From positions 1,472-47,793 of the forward strand of contig JAYOYH010000006.1 in the NCBI GenBank assembly GCA_038153405.1: a stretch of 46,322 nt of DNA, given 5' to 3'. The number at the start of each line of letters is the position of its first letter. The first letter of the stretch is position 1. Position numbers and translations under genes: made by a program. The notes beneath the pieces are model-generated. The model was not told where the DNA came from, ran no database searches, and saw only the letters and a program-made list of their open reading frames with translations. This document shows, piece after piece, positions 1 through 9,751 of the stretch. The DNA is from Gemmatimonadota bacterium. GTDB lineage: Bacteria; Latescibacterota; UBA2968; UBA8231.

Positions 1-129
1 AGTTTGCGCGAACTGATAGCCAAGTATCGCGCCGAAGGGAAGGAATTGCCCGACAGTCTGCGCGCACAGCTGCGTGCACTGCGCGGCGGCGGCGGACCTG
101 GTGGTGGCCGTCAGTGGGGTAGCAATTAA
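1..129 (+). CDS. 3' end of an upstream CDS (partial); by position probably the RND periplasmic adaptor (MFP) subunit
   Basis: Frame +1 is open from base 1 (SLRELIAKYRAEGKELPDSLRAQLRALRGGGGPGGGRQWGSN*), with TAA at 127-129 directly before the RND ATG. The product is inferred from context only. Confidence 0.55.
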   Translation, partial: SLRELIAKYRAEGKELPDSLRAQLRALRGGGGPGGGRQWGSN

Positions 130-3100
130 ATGAAATTAGTCGAGTTTTCCACGCGTCGTCGCGTGACGGTGGCCATGCTCATGGTCGCCATAATCGTCTT
201 TGGCGGCGTGGGATTTTCGCGGCTGGCCGTAAATCTTCTTCCCGATATTACCTATCCCACAATTACGGTGCGCACCGAGTACCCGGGCGTGGCACCGCTG
301 GAAATCGAACGCCTACTTTCCGAGCCGGTCGAGGGCTTGGTCGGCGTGGTGAGCAACGTCGTGCGGGTCAATTCGATCTCTCGACCCGGCGTCTCCGACG
401 TAATCGTCGAGTTTGCCTGGGGCACGAATATGGATTTCGCCTCGCTGGATCTGCGCGAGAAGCTCGACTTGGGCAACCTACCGCGCGAGGCGAGTCAGCC
501 GATTTTGCTGCGCTTTGACCCGTCGCTAGACCCCATTATGCGCGTGGCATTCTACGGCAATGTCGGCCTGATGGAAATGCGTCGCATGGCCGAAGAGCGC
601 CTGCGTCCGCAGTTGGAAAGCTTGGAGGGCGTGGCGGCCGTCAGCATAGAAGGCGGTCTGGAAGAAGAAATACAAGTCGAAGTCGAAGTTTCGCGCCTCG
701 ATTATCTGGGCATTCCCATTAGTCAGATCACGAGTCGGTTGGGCTCGGAAAACGTCAATTTGACGGGCGGCACACTTAAGGACGGCGAAGCCGAATTTCT
801 CGTGCGCACGCTCAACGAGTTCCAGGGAATTGACGAAATTGGCGAGATTATCGTCGGTGAGATCAACGGTGCGCCGATTAAGCTCAGCGACGTGGCGCGC
901 GTATTTCGCGGTTATAAAGAGCGCGATCTGGTCACGCGCATAGACGGTCGCGAAGGCGTGGTGGTGGCCATCTTCAAAGAGGGCGATGCCAACACCGTGC
1001 AGGTCAGCGAGTCGCTGCACGAGCGCCTCAACCTGTTCAAAGAAGAAAACGGCAGTCTCTTTGCCGACAGCGGCATGCAGATCGTCTTTGACCAGGCCAT
1101 CTTTATCAGCCAGGCCGTTGATGAGGTACTCAATACGGCCATCATCGGCGGCGTGCTGGCCGTCGTTATCTTGTTCCTGTTCCTGCGCAATATCAAGAGC
1201 ACTACGATCATTAGCTTGGCCATTCCCATTTCGGTCATTGCTACGTTTTTCCTGATGTTTACCTCGGGCGTTTCGCTCAATATCATGTCTTTGGGTGGAC
1301 TGGCGCTGGGCGTGGGCATGCTCGTCGACAACTCAATCGTCGTGCTGGAGAGCATTCAGCGCTATCGCGACCAGGGGCTGAGTGTCGGCGACTCGGCTCG
1401 CCGCGGTGCTGGCGAAGTGGGCACGGCGGTTGTCGCGTCGACGATGACGACCATTTGCGTATTTCTACCCATCGTATTTGTAGAGGGGGTCGCCGGCCAG
1501 CTCTTTAAGGACCAAGCGCTGACCGTCACCTATTCACTTGTCGCATCGCTGGTCGTCGCTCTCATGCTCATACCCATGCTGTCGTCGCTGAGCATTGAAG
1601 ATATGGTATCGAAGCGGAGCGCCGAAGGGCCGCGCCGCGGCATCAAGGGGCCGGCGTTTTTGGTGCGCGGCATCGGACAGTTGAGCAACGGCATTGGCCG
1701 GATTTTTTCCGCGCTGCTCTGGCCTGTTTACAAGGTATTTGACGGCCTTTTTAATATTATCGCCCTCGCCTATCCACGCCTGCTGCGCTGGGCGTTGGGC
1801 AATCGACTGATCGTGCTCATCAGTTCGCTGATCTTGGCGGGCGTTGTGCTCTTTCACGCGAAGGATCTCGGCATCGAGCTCATTCCCGAAATGAGCCAAG
1901 GCGAGTTCCTCGTCGACTTGGAGTGGGCGGCGGGCACGCCGCTGAAGCAAACGATAGAATCGGTGCGGCAGCTCGATCAGCGCGTGGGCCAGGTCCAAGG
2001 CGTCGATATGGTTTTTGCGCTGGTTGGAACGAGCGGGCAGACGGGGGGCACTGCCAGCGATAAGAAGGAACACACGGCGCAGCTGCACCTCAAGTTGTCG
2101 AGCGTGGACTACGAAGAGAGCGCCGTTAGCACGGTGCGCGATATGCTGGCGGACGTGCCCGACCTAGAGTACAAGTTTTCTCGTCCGTCGTATTTTTCGT
2201 TTCGCACGCCGATCGAAGTGGAAATTTCGGGCTATAATTTGAGCACGCTCAAGCTGCTGGCCGACGAGGTCGCAGAGCGCCTGCACGGCATTGATGGACT
2301 GACGGACATCCGCTCTAGCGCCGAGGGGGGACAGCCGGAGATTCAGATTTACTTCGACCGCCTGCGCCTGGCCGAGTTGGGTACGACAGTGCTGCGCATC
2401 GGCGAACTGCTGCGCAACAAGCTGCAGGGAGAAGTGGCGACAGAACTGGCGCGGCGCGATCGCAAAGTCGACATACGCGTGCGCGCCCTCGACGAAGAGC
2501 GCGAGACACTCGACGACCTGAAGCGCATGGTCGTAAGCCCGGCCAACTACCCGGTGCCGGTCGCGCTGGAAAACGTCGCTACGGTGCACGCGGTGGATGG
2601 GCCGGCCGAAATTCGCCGCATCGACCAGGAGCGCGTTGCCGTTATCTCGGCCAATATTGACGGGCGCGACTTGGGCAGCGTAGTGGCAGAAATCGAAGCG
2701 GACCTCTCGCAAATGGCCATGCCTGAGGGGTTTGACCTGGCCATGGGCGGCCAAAACGAGGAAATGGTTCGCTCGTTCGACAGTATGAAATTTGCGATGT
2801 CGCTGGCCATTTTCCTAGTCTATTTGGTCATGGCCTCGCAGTTTGAGTCGCTGCTCCATCCCTTTGTAATCATGTTCACCATCCCGCTGGGCCTGGTCGG
2901 CAGCGTCATGGCCCTGCTGCTTACCGGCCAGACCGTCAGCGTAGTCGTGCTAATCGGGTTGATAATGCTAGCGGGCATCGTGGTGAACAACGCCATCGTG
3001 CTTATCGACTACGTAAATCAGCTGCGCAGGGAGAACGGTATGGCCAAAATGGATGCCGTTATGCGCGCCGGCGAACTGCGCCTACGGCCGATTCTGATGA

Positions 3101-3270
3101 CGACGTCGACGACTGTTTTGGGTCTGTTGCCGATGGCTCTGGGCTTGGGTGAAGGGGCTGAAATCCGCGCGCCAATGGCCATAACGGTGATCGGCGGATT
3201 GCTCTTATCGACGATGCTCACGCTGGTTATCATTCCCGTCGTATACACGCTCTTTGATAGGGGAGAGTAA
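130..3270 (+). CDS. AcrB/AcrD/AcrF-family RND efflux permease (1046 aa)
   Basis: N-terminal RRRVT..M plus TM1; LPDITYP; TM4 GMLVDNSIVVLE; GIVVNNAIVLID; RLRPILMT; two large periplasmic halves. Confidence 0.96.
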   Translation: MKLVEFSTRRRVTVAMLMVAIIVFGGVGFSRLAVNLLPDITYPTITVRTEYPGVAPLEIERLLSEPVEGLVGVVSNVVRVNSISRPGVSDVIVEFAWGTNMDFASLDLREKLDLGNLPREASQPILLRFDPSLDPIMRVAFYGNVGLMEMRRMAEERLRPQLESLEGVAAVSIEGGLEEEIQVEVEVSRLDYLGIPISQITSRLGSENVNLTGGTLKDGEAEFLVRTLNEFQGIDEIGEIIVGEINGAPIKLSDVARVFRGYKERDLVTRIDGREGVVVAIFKEGDANTVQVSESLHERLNLFKEENGSLFADSGMQIVFDQAIFISQAVDEVLNTAIIGGVLAVVILFLFLRNIKSTTIISLAIPISVIATFFLMFTSGVSLNIMSLGGLALGVGMLVDNSIVVLESIQRYRDQGLSVGDSARRGAGEVGTAVVASTMTTICVFLPIVFVEGVAGQLFKDQALTVTYSLVASLVVALMLIPMLSSLSIEDMVSKRSAEGPRRGIKGPAFLVRGIGQLSNGIGRIFSALLWPVYKVFDGLFNIIALAYPRLLRWALGNRLIVLISSLILAGVVLFHAKDLGIELIPEMSQGEFLVDLEWAAGTPLKQTIESVRQLDQRVGQVQGVDMVFALVGTSGQTGGTASDKKEHTAQLHLKLSSVDYEESAVSTVRDMLADVPDLEYKFSRPSYFSFRTPIEVEISGYNLSTLKLLADEVAERLHGIDGLTDIRSSAEGGQPEIQIYFDRLRLAELGTTVLRIGELLRNKLQGEVATELARRDRKVDIRVRALDEERETLDDLKRMVVSPANYPVPVALENVATVHAVDGPAEIRRIDQERVAVISANIDGRDLGSVVAEIEADLSQMAMPEGFDLAMGGQNEEMVRSFDSMKFAMSLAIFLVYLVMASQFESLLHPFVIMFTIPLGLVGSVMALLLTGQTVSVVVLIGLIMLAGIVVNNAIVLIDYVNQLRRENGMAKMDAVMRAGELRLRPILMTTSTTVLGLLPMALGLGEGAEIRAPMAITVIGGLLLSTMLTLVIIPVVYTLFDRGE

Positions 3271-3282
3271 GGAGTCTCTGTC

Positions 3283-6200
3283 ATGAGTCTTTCCGAATTT
3301 TCGCTGAAGAGGCCGGTCACGGCCGTGATGATGACGTTCAGCGTGCTCGTGGTGGGCTACGTGTCCTTTGGCCGCCTGCCCATAGAGCAGTTTCCCAGTA
3401 TCTCATCCTCGGGTATTTCGGCTCGCGTCAACTACAACTCGGCCTCACCGGAAGAGGTCGAACGCCTTATTACGGTTCCGCTCGAAGCTGCGCTGGGAAC
3501 GCTCAATAACGTCGATCGAATCTCCTCTTCGTCGCGCAACGGCAGCGCCGATGTGCGCGTTGATTTTAAGGCCGGCACCGATATGGACCTGGCCAATATG
3601 GAAATGCGCGAGCGCGTCGATCAGGCTCGGTCCTTTATGCCGCCAGACGTCGATCGCGTGCAGCTGCGCCGTTGGCAGAGCGATCAGCGCCCCATCGTAT
3701 ACGCCAATATGGCGTGGAAGGGCGAGAGCGATCGCCTGCTGCAGATTATTCAGAAGGTCATTATGCCGCGCCTCATGCGCCTCAACGGCGTGGCCGATGC
3801 CCAGATTGACGATCTCGAGGACAAGCAGCTGACGATCGAGCTCGACCGCGAGCAGCTGCAGACGCACAGCATCTCGCTGGGCCAGCTTGGCTGGCAGCTG
3901 AGCGAAAATAACGTGAGCATGTCGCTGGGGCGCGTCGTCGACGGCGACCAGCGCTTTATGGTGCGCGCCGTCGGCGAATTTGATCGGGCCGAGCAAATCG
4001 GCGATCTGCCGTTGGTGGGTGGGCAGTTTCGCATGCGCGATATCGGCGAAGTGGTGTATGGCTATCCCGAAAAGACGCGCTACGAGCGGCTCAACGGCCG
4101 CGATGCGGCGCAGGTAGAAGTCTACAAATCGTCGACGGCCAATATAGTGGATGTCGGATTGGCGATAGCGGCGGAGTTGGAAAAAATCGAGTCGGAATAC
4201 GACGGAGCGCTAGAAATAGAAATCGTGCGCAACCGCGCTGCCGACGTGCTCGAAGAGGCCAACAAATTAGTTGACTCGGCTTTGTTCGGGGCGCTGTTGG
4301 CCATGATCATCATATACGCTTTTTTGCGCAACATTCGCTCGACAATGGTCGTTGCGCTGGCCATACCCACGGCGGCGCTGTGCGTATTTATCGGCATGTA
4401 TGCTGCGCGCGAGGTGTTCAACTCGACGATCACGCTCAACATGGTGTCGATGATGGGGTTGATGCTGGCGGTCGGCATGCTGGTTGATCCGGCCGTCGTC
4501 GTACTGGAGAGCATCTTTCGCCGGCGCCAAGAAGACGGTATGGAGTCTCATCAGGCAGCTCTGGTTGGCAGCAGCGAAGTCGGCATGGCGGTGCTGGCCT
4601 CGTCGCTGACGACGATCTGCGTCTTCGTGCCGTTTTTCTTTCTCTCCGACAGCCGCTCGGCCGTGTGGATGCGCGATGCTGGCGTCGCCATTTGCCTGGC
4701 GGTCGTCGTGTCGATGATCGTCGCGCTATCGCTAATTCCGCTGGCTACGTCGAAGCTATTTAAAGAGGGCATAGAGCGCTACGATAGCTACTTAAAACTT
4801 CTCGTACTATGTGCGGTGGGAGCGCTGGTTTACTGGCGCGTCGAAGACATCGGTTGGGCCGGCGTGGCCCTGTGGTGGGATCACTGGACGGTGATGTTAG
4901 TCGACTCGTTTCTAAATATGGAGTGGACGACGGCAACGGGATTGGGCGTGGCGGTGTTGCTGTTGGCGCTCTTGGGTCGGTTTGCCAAGCGCCACGGTCT
5001 GCGCAGCGGCTATGGCAGTTTGCTCAACTGGACGCTCGATCATCGCTGGGTGGCGATGGTGGCAACGGTGGGGCTGACCTGGACGGGGTATCACCTGTAT
5101 AACCAGATCGAGCACCGCGGACAGCCGTGGCAGCCGGAGCGCCGCGTCGACATTAGCATGCAAATCGATCGAAGCTACAGTCTGGATGAGATCCGCGCGC
5201 ATTTTGATCGCATTGAGGAATTGCTACTGGCGAAGAAGCAGGAGCTGGATATCGACGCCTTGATGACCAATTTCAGCCAGCGTCGAGCGGGCATTACTGC
5301 TTATCTGGTTTCGGCAGACGACGGTCAACTCACTACGATGGAGGCCGGGCGGAAGGTGATGGAGCTGCTGCCGCCCAAGGTGGGATTCACTTACAAAATG
5401 GGTCGTTCGCGCTCTTGGGCTGGCAACGACTTAGGTATCGAAGTGCAGCTGCGAGGGCGCAGTGAAGAAGTGCTGGAGGTGCTGATCGAAGACGTCAAGC
5501 TGGCCATGGAAAAGCTGCCTGGCGTGCAGGATGTGGACACGAGCTTAGAAGACGGCGAAGAGGAAATCCACGTCGAGATCGACCGCTCGCAGGCGCTTAA
5601 CTACGGCCTGTCGCCGCGCGAGGTCGCCTCCAGTATTTCGGCGGCATTGGGCACGCGTCGCTCGTCCTCGTTCAAGAGCGATGATCGAGAGATCGACATC
5701 GTCATGCAGCTTAACGAGGGAGATCGCGCTACGCTTGAACAGCTCAAAAACAGCCGTTTTGAAGGGCGCGAGGGCAACGATATTCAACTCGCAGCCCTGG
5801 CCGATTTTCAAGTGCGCAGGGGGCCGCGTCAGCTCAGTCGAGAGAATCGCGAACTGACGGTCACGGTCTTCGCCAATACGGAGAATCGGCGCCAGGCGCA
5901 GGCGCTGATCCCGACGATAAAGACGCTCATGGAGAGCATGGAAATGCCGCCCGGCTACTCTTGGGATCTGGGGCGCGCGGCGCGTTGGATGCAGGAAGAC
6001 CAGAGCGATACAAACTTCACCGCCATATTTGCTATCGTCTTGATCTATCTGATCATGGCTTCGCTCTTCGAATCGCTGATACACCCGTTTACCATTATGC
6101 TATCCATCCCGTTTTCGCTCATTGGTGTGGCGCTGGGGCTCTACGTCTTTGAGGCCCCATTCGACAACAATGGTGCCCTGGGGTTGCTGATATTGTTTGG

Positions 6201-6573
6201 CATTGTGGTCAACAACGGCATTGTGCTCATCGACCACATCAACCACTTACGGGCTGAGGGAATGAGTCGTAGAGAGGCCATTCTCACTGGTGGCAAACAC
6301 CGCTTGCGTCCAATATTGATGACGGCCTTCACCACCATTCTCAATCTGATGCCGCTGGTCTTGCCGATGATCTATGGAACGGCCGAAGGGTTCTCGCAGC
6401 GCTGGGGACCGATTGGTCTGGTCGTAGTCAGCGGCCTAATGTCGTCGACCCTGCTGACACTCATACTCGCACCGACGCTGTACTCGCTCTTAGACGATGT
6501 GGCCATCTGGTGCAAGCGCGTCATACGCGAAGCGACTCAGGGAAGTGCGGCCGCGCCGATTGCCAATAATTAA
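3283..6573 (+). CDS. Second AcrB-family RND permease (1096 aa), with an extra hydrophobic insertion
   Basis: KRPVT start, TM4 GMLVDPAVVVLE, GIVVNNGIVLID, RLRPILMT; AAGGAG RBS; 12 bp after the first RND gene. Confidence 0.95.
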   Translation: MSLSEFSLKRPVTAVMMTFSVLVVGYVSFGRLPIEQFPSISSSGISARVNYNSASPEEVERLITVPLEAALGTLNNVDRISSSSRNGSADVRVDFKAGTDMDLANMEMRERVDQARSFMPPDVDRVQLRRWQSDQRPIVYANMAWKGESDRLLQIIQKVIMPRLMRLNGVADAQIDDLEDKQLTIELDREQLQTHSISLGQLGWQLSENNVSMSLGRVVDGDQRFMVRAVGEFDRAEQIGDLPLVGGQFRMRDIGEVVYGYPEKTRYERLNGRDAAQVEVYKSSTANIVDVGLAIAAELEKIESEYDGALEIEIVRNRAADVLEEANKLVDSALFGALLAMIIIYAFLRNIRSTMVVALAIPTAALCVFIGMYAAREVFNSTITLNMVSMMGLMLAVGMLVDPAVVVLESIFRRRQEDGMESHQAALVGSSEVGMAVLASSLTTICVFVPFFFLSDSRSAVWMRDAGVAICLAVVVSMIVALSLIPLATSKLFKEGIERYDSYLKLLVLCAVGALVYWRVEDIGWAGVALWWDHWTVMLVDSFLNMEWTTATGLGVAVLLLALLGRFAKRHGLRSGYGSLLNWTLDHRWVAMVATVGLTWTGYHLYNQIEHRGQPWQPERRVDISMQIDRSYSLDEIRAHFDRIEELLLAKKQELDIDALMTNFSQRRAGITAYLVSADDGQLTTMEAGRKVMELLPPKVGFTYKMGRSRSWAGNDLGIEVQLRGRSEEVLEVLIEDVKLAMEKLPGVQDVDTSLEDGEEEIHVEIDRSQALNYGLSPREVASSISAALGTRRSSSFKSDDREIDIVMQLNEGDRATLEQLKNSRFEGREGNDIQLAALADFQVRRGPRQLSRENRELTVTVFANTENRRQAQALIPTIKTLMESMEMPPGYSWDLGRAARWMQEDQSDTNFTAIFAIVLIYLIMASLFESLIHPFTIMLSIPFSLIGVALGLYVFEAPFDNNGALGLLILFGIVVNNGIVLIDHINHLRAEGMSRREAILTGGKHRLRPILMTAFTTILNLMPLVLPMIYGTAEGFSQRWGPIGLVVVSGLMSSTLLTLILAPTLYSLLDDVAIWCKRVIREATQGSAAAPIANN

Positions 6574-6594
6574 GCGTGTAATTTCGCATTAATT

Positions 6595-6603
6595 TGCTAT
6601 ATT
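6595..6603 (+). promoter_or_regulatory. Extended -10 promoter element upstream of the TetR gene
   Basis: TGcTATATT in an AT-rich gap about 30 nt upstream of the TetR start. Confidence 0.4.
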
Positions 6604-6633
6604 TGCGGCACCAACCAGCCAACGGATGTGCAT

Positions 6634-7254
6634 ATGGGCAAGGTCGAACGCAGAAAACAGATTCTGGAGGAGGCCGCTAGGCTATTTTCCGCTAGGCGCT
6701 TCGACGAAGTGCTGATGGACGATATTGCACAGGGTGCCGGCGTGGCCAAGGGCACGCTCTACACGTATTTCGCCGACAAAGAAGAGCTGTACTTTGCCGT
6801 GGTGTTTGAGGGCATATCCCGACTGAATCAGCAGGTGCTGGCCAAGGCTAGCATACAGATCGACCCCGAGAAAAAGCTGCGCAAGATCGTGCATGCGATC
6901 GTTTCTTTTGTCGCTCAGAATGGCTTCTTTTTTAAGCTGATGTCGATCGAAGAAAGCAAGAGTGGCACGGGCAAGAGCGTCAATCGCGAGCGCTGGCGCG
7001 AACAGCGCCGCATCCAGTTAGAAGCGATTGAGTCCGTGCTAATTGATGGACGCGAAAAGGGGCATTTTTCCGTGCCTCATCCCCCTGTTGAAGCGGCGAT
7101 ACTGCGCGATATGGTGCGCTCGACCGTTATCAATGCCGGCGGTAAGCTCAGCATTGACGATATGGTCGGCGTGATTATGCGCATTTTTGTCGACGGCATT
7201 CGCCGCCCCGCTGCCGTCGCTGCCGTTGCCGTCTCGGCGTCCTCGTCCCTGTAA
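6634..7254 (+). CDS. TetR/AcrR-family transcriptional regulator
   Basis: N-terminal HTH ILEEAARLF...DIAQGAGVAKGTLYTYFADKEEL. Start is ATG 6634 (alternative GTG 6628). Confidence 0.93.
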   Translation: MGKVERRKQILEEAARLFSARRFDEVLMDDIAQGAGVAKGTLYTYFADKEELYFAVVFEGISRLNQQVLAKASIQIDPEKKLRKIVHAIVSFVAQNGFFFKLMSIEESKSGTGKSVNRERWREQRRIQLEAIESVLIDGREKGHFSVPHPPVEAAILRDMVRSTVINAGGKLSIDDMVGVIMRIFVDGIRRPAAVAAVAVSASSSL

Positions 7255-7261
7255 AATATCC

Positions 7262-7648
7262 ATATATAGAACGCGTTGGCGATAAAGCTAGAGCGGCTTG
7301 TTCGCTGCGTAAGGTGATCCGTTTTAGTCGGTGCATGATGGTCGGCCATTACCTGTTGCAGTGCGTCGGACAGCTCCCAGTTGCGCGCTAAAATGCCGTC
7401 GACCTATACGTGGTCGGGGCCGCGATCACGTGCTTCGGCATTGCGCATGGTCATCGTCTACTTGCTCTCCTCAAGCGTCTTGATAAGTGCGGCATACATA
7501 CGGGATAGCAGTGGACTAATGCGGCCTTGCCGCTGTCGTGCACAGTGGTAAAAGAGCGGTGGAGATAATCGGCGATGATGAGCGCGCGGATGGTGCTCTT
7601 GCCCCAGAGCGCAACGGCCTTTGCAGCGTCTTCGTCTCTATTTACCAT
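7262..7648 (-). pseudogene. Degraded HDOD-domain gene
   Basis: Minus strand reads AVALWGKSTIRALIIA...HDSGKAALVHCYP, then after a frameshift YAALIKTLEESK*TMTMRNAEARDRGPDHV*VDGILARNWELSDALQQVMADHHAP. This matches HDOD motifs (HDxGK; GxDHxxVGxxLAxxWxLPxxLxxVIxxHH). In-frame TAG stops at 7458-7460 and 7404-7406. Ends are approximate. Confidence 0.7.
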
Positions 7649-7697
7649 TTGGGGATGAGATCGTATTATTGAAAAACACTCAATGCGGAGGAAACGT

Positions 7698-8246
7698 ATG
7701 CAACGTGAAGAGTGCATTTTATTTAGCGGGGGAGCAAAGGGAGCTGAAGCCACCTTTGGCCACCATGCTGAACGCATGGGAATAGAAGAGGTCAACTTCA
7801 CTTTTGAGGGGCATGGCATTGTCCGTCAGCGCGGCATCCGCATGCTCAACCATGAAGAGTTGGCCAAGGGGGACGTAAGTCTAGTCTATATCTCTAAACT
7901 GCTCAATCGCACCTACACGGAGACGCCGACGTTCCGCAAGATATTGCAGAGTATCTGGTATCAGATTAACAGCGGCCAAGAGATCTATGTGATCGGGGTT
8001 ATTCGCGACGATGGGACGGTAAAAGGGGGCACGGGCTGGGGCGCTGAATTTGCCAAGATTTGCAACAAGCCGCTTTTCGTCTTTGATCAAGACAAAGGTT
8101 GCTGGTTTACATGGAGCAAAGGCGAATGGCAGGATGGCATTGAGCCGGTGATCGAGAAGGCGCACTTTACCGGCACCGGCACGCGCATTCTGAACAAAAA
8201 TAGCGAACGAGCTATCGCCGAATTGTTCGATCGCTCGTTTGCCTAG
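7698..8246 (+). CDS. Conserved hypothetical protein, SLOG-superfamily-like
   Basis: GGAGG RBS before ATG 7698; motifs LFSGGAKGAE and KGGTGWG..FAKICNKPLFVFD resemble SLOG Rossmannoid motifs. Confidence 0.65.
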   Translation: MQREECILFSGGAKGAEATFGHHAERMGIEEVNFTFEGHGIVRQRGIRMLNHEELAKGDVSLVYISKLLNRTYTETPTFRKILQSIWYQINSGQEIYVIGVIRDDGTVKGGTGWGAEFAKICNKPLFVFDQDKGCWFTWSKGEWQDGIEPVIEKAHFTGTGTRILNKNSERAIAELFDRSFA

Positions 8247-8323
8247 ATTGAGCACTGCGCTGGGCGCCGGCGCACGGCCCAGTCCGTAGTTGAACCAAGC
8301 GCGTTGCCAATGCGCTATTGCGC

Positions 8324-9118
8324 CTATGGGTCATCGCGTTCTTTCACTCTATCCCACAGGGCGTCCAATTCCTCCAATGTCGCGTCGCGCATCGCTTGGC
8401 CGCGCTCGTGCAGGGCGCGTTCAACGGCGCGGAAGCGCCGTTCGAATTTGCCTGTGGAACGCCGCAGTGCCTCTTCCGGGTTGATCTGCAAGAAACGCGC
8501 CGTGTTGACCATGGCGAAGAGCAGGTCGCCGAACTCGTCTTCTACGGCATCGGCCGACCGAGCGCCGTGGGCCTGTCGCAGCTCGGCGAATTCTTCTTCG
8601 ACTTTGTCGAGGGCCCCGTCGATGTGTGGCCAGTCGAAACCCTGGCGCGCTGCGCGCGACTGCACGCGCTGTGCGCGCATCAACGCCGGCAGGCTCTGGG
8701 GGATCCCGTCCAAATGCGAAGGGAGCTGCTGCCCCTGATCGCGCCGCTCCTGTTTTTTTATTTCCCCCCAATTATCGACGACCTGCTCCGCGCTGTCGAC
8801 CTGCACGTCGGCAAAGACGTGCGGGTGGCGGCGCACCAGCTTTTCTACGATGGCGCCGGCGACGTCTTCGATTGTGAAGCGCGCCTGTTCGCTGGCGATT
8901 TGGGCGTGGAAGACGACCTGTAAGAGCACGTCGCCCAACTCGCTGCACAATTCGCCGTCATCGCCGCTGTCAATCGCCTCTAGGGCCTCATACGTTTCTT
9001 CCACCATATAGGGCTTTAGCGTCGCGTGCGTTTGTTCGCGATCCCAGGGACAGCCATCGGGGGCGCGCAGGCGCTCCATCACATCTACCAGCCGCGCAAA
9101 GTTCGTCGTATCGGCCAT
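8324..9118 (-). CDS. mazG: Nucleoside triphosphate pyrophosphohydrolase MazG (two-domain)
   Basis: LRAPDGCPWDREQT, EETYE, ELGDVLLQVVFH, RRHPHVF, GFDW, EFGDLLF. Start at MADTT after an AGAGG RBS. Confidence 0.96.
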   Translation of the reverse strand: MADTTNFARLVDVMERLRAPDGCPWDREQTHATLKPYMVEETYEALEAIDSGDDGELCSELGDVLLQVVFHAQIASEQARFTIEDVAGAIVEKLVRRHPHVFADVQVDSAEQVVDNWGEIKKQERRDQGQQLPSHLDGIPQSLPALMRAQRVQSRAARQGFDWPHIDGALDKVEEEFAELRQAHGARSADAVEDEFGDLLFAMVNTARFLQINPEEALRRSTGKFERRFRAVERALHERGQAMRDATLEELDALWDRVKERDDP

Positions 9119-9128
9119 GCAGTCCTCT

Positions 9129-9494
9129 CTATAGGTCGGTGTATTTTTCGTTGCGCCCGCGCGCTTTTTCAACGGGATATCGGCTCGCCGAAATCGCCAT
9201 TTTTTCCTCTAGTAGCCGAGCGGCATCCATGTCAAATTGTTCGCACATAAGAAGGACAAAGTAGAGCACATCCGCCAGTTCGTGGCCGATGGCTTGGCGG
9301 CTGTCTGGCTTATCGAGCAGCGCGTCAATCTGGTCGGCGCTGCGAAAGCGGAAGTGTTCCAGCACTTCCGCCGCCTCAATAGAGAGCCCGATGGCCAGGT
9401 CTTTGGGTGAGTGAAACTGCCGCCAGTCGCGTTCGTCCACAAACTGGCGAACCGCCCGCTTGAGTTGGTCTACGGTGGTCGTGCTGTCGTCCAT
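9129..9494 (-). CDS. Single-domain MazG-like nucleotide pyrophosphohydrolase (dCTP pyrophosphatase type)
   Basis: FVDERDWRQFHSPKDLA..LSIEAAEVLE.F, ELADVLYF, YPVEKARG..KY. Confidence 0.93.
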   Translation of the reverse strand: MDDSTTTVDQLKRAVRQFVDERDWRQFHSPKDLAIGLSIEAAEVLEHFRFRSADQIDALLDKPDSRQAIGHELADVLYFVLLMCEQFDMDAARLLEEKMAISASRYPVEKARGRNEKYTDL

Positions 9495-9563
9495 ATTGCT
9501 CCAACGTGGTGTTTAGATTGGATATCCGGGGAAAATATAGTGAAGAATTGTTGGTTCATAATG

Positions 9564-9590
9564 CGAATATCTGCGGTTTGCTGCCGATAT
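9564..9590 (+). promoter_or_regulatory. Sigma-28-like promoter (strong -10, weak -35)
   Basis: CGAA-N15-GCCGATAT about 160 nt upstream of the sigma factor ATG. Confidence 0.35.
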
Positions 9591-9751
9591 ATACAAGACG
9601 TGCAAAATGGGGCGCCGCGAAAGCGCTCGTTATGCGGCGGAATTGTGTCCAGCGGGCGGTCTGGTGCACAGGTGCCCATCGCACGCTGGTGGAACTCCAG
9701 GCCGTTGCCACTTGTCATAGAGAACGACCGCATTACGGAGTAAAAGGGGAT

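Noticed and set aside
7404..7460. TAG recoding or readthrough in the HDOD remnant
   Set aside because: TAG ends intact genes in this window (8246, 34446, 43187), and the remnant also has a frameshift.
9596..9645. c-di-GMP-I riboswitch in the sigma gene leader (GCAAAA...CGC-GAAA-GCG)
   Set aside because: Only a GNRA mini-hairpin; the GACGCAAAG receptor segment and second stem are absent.
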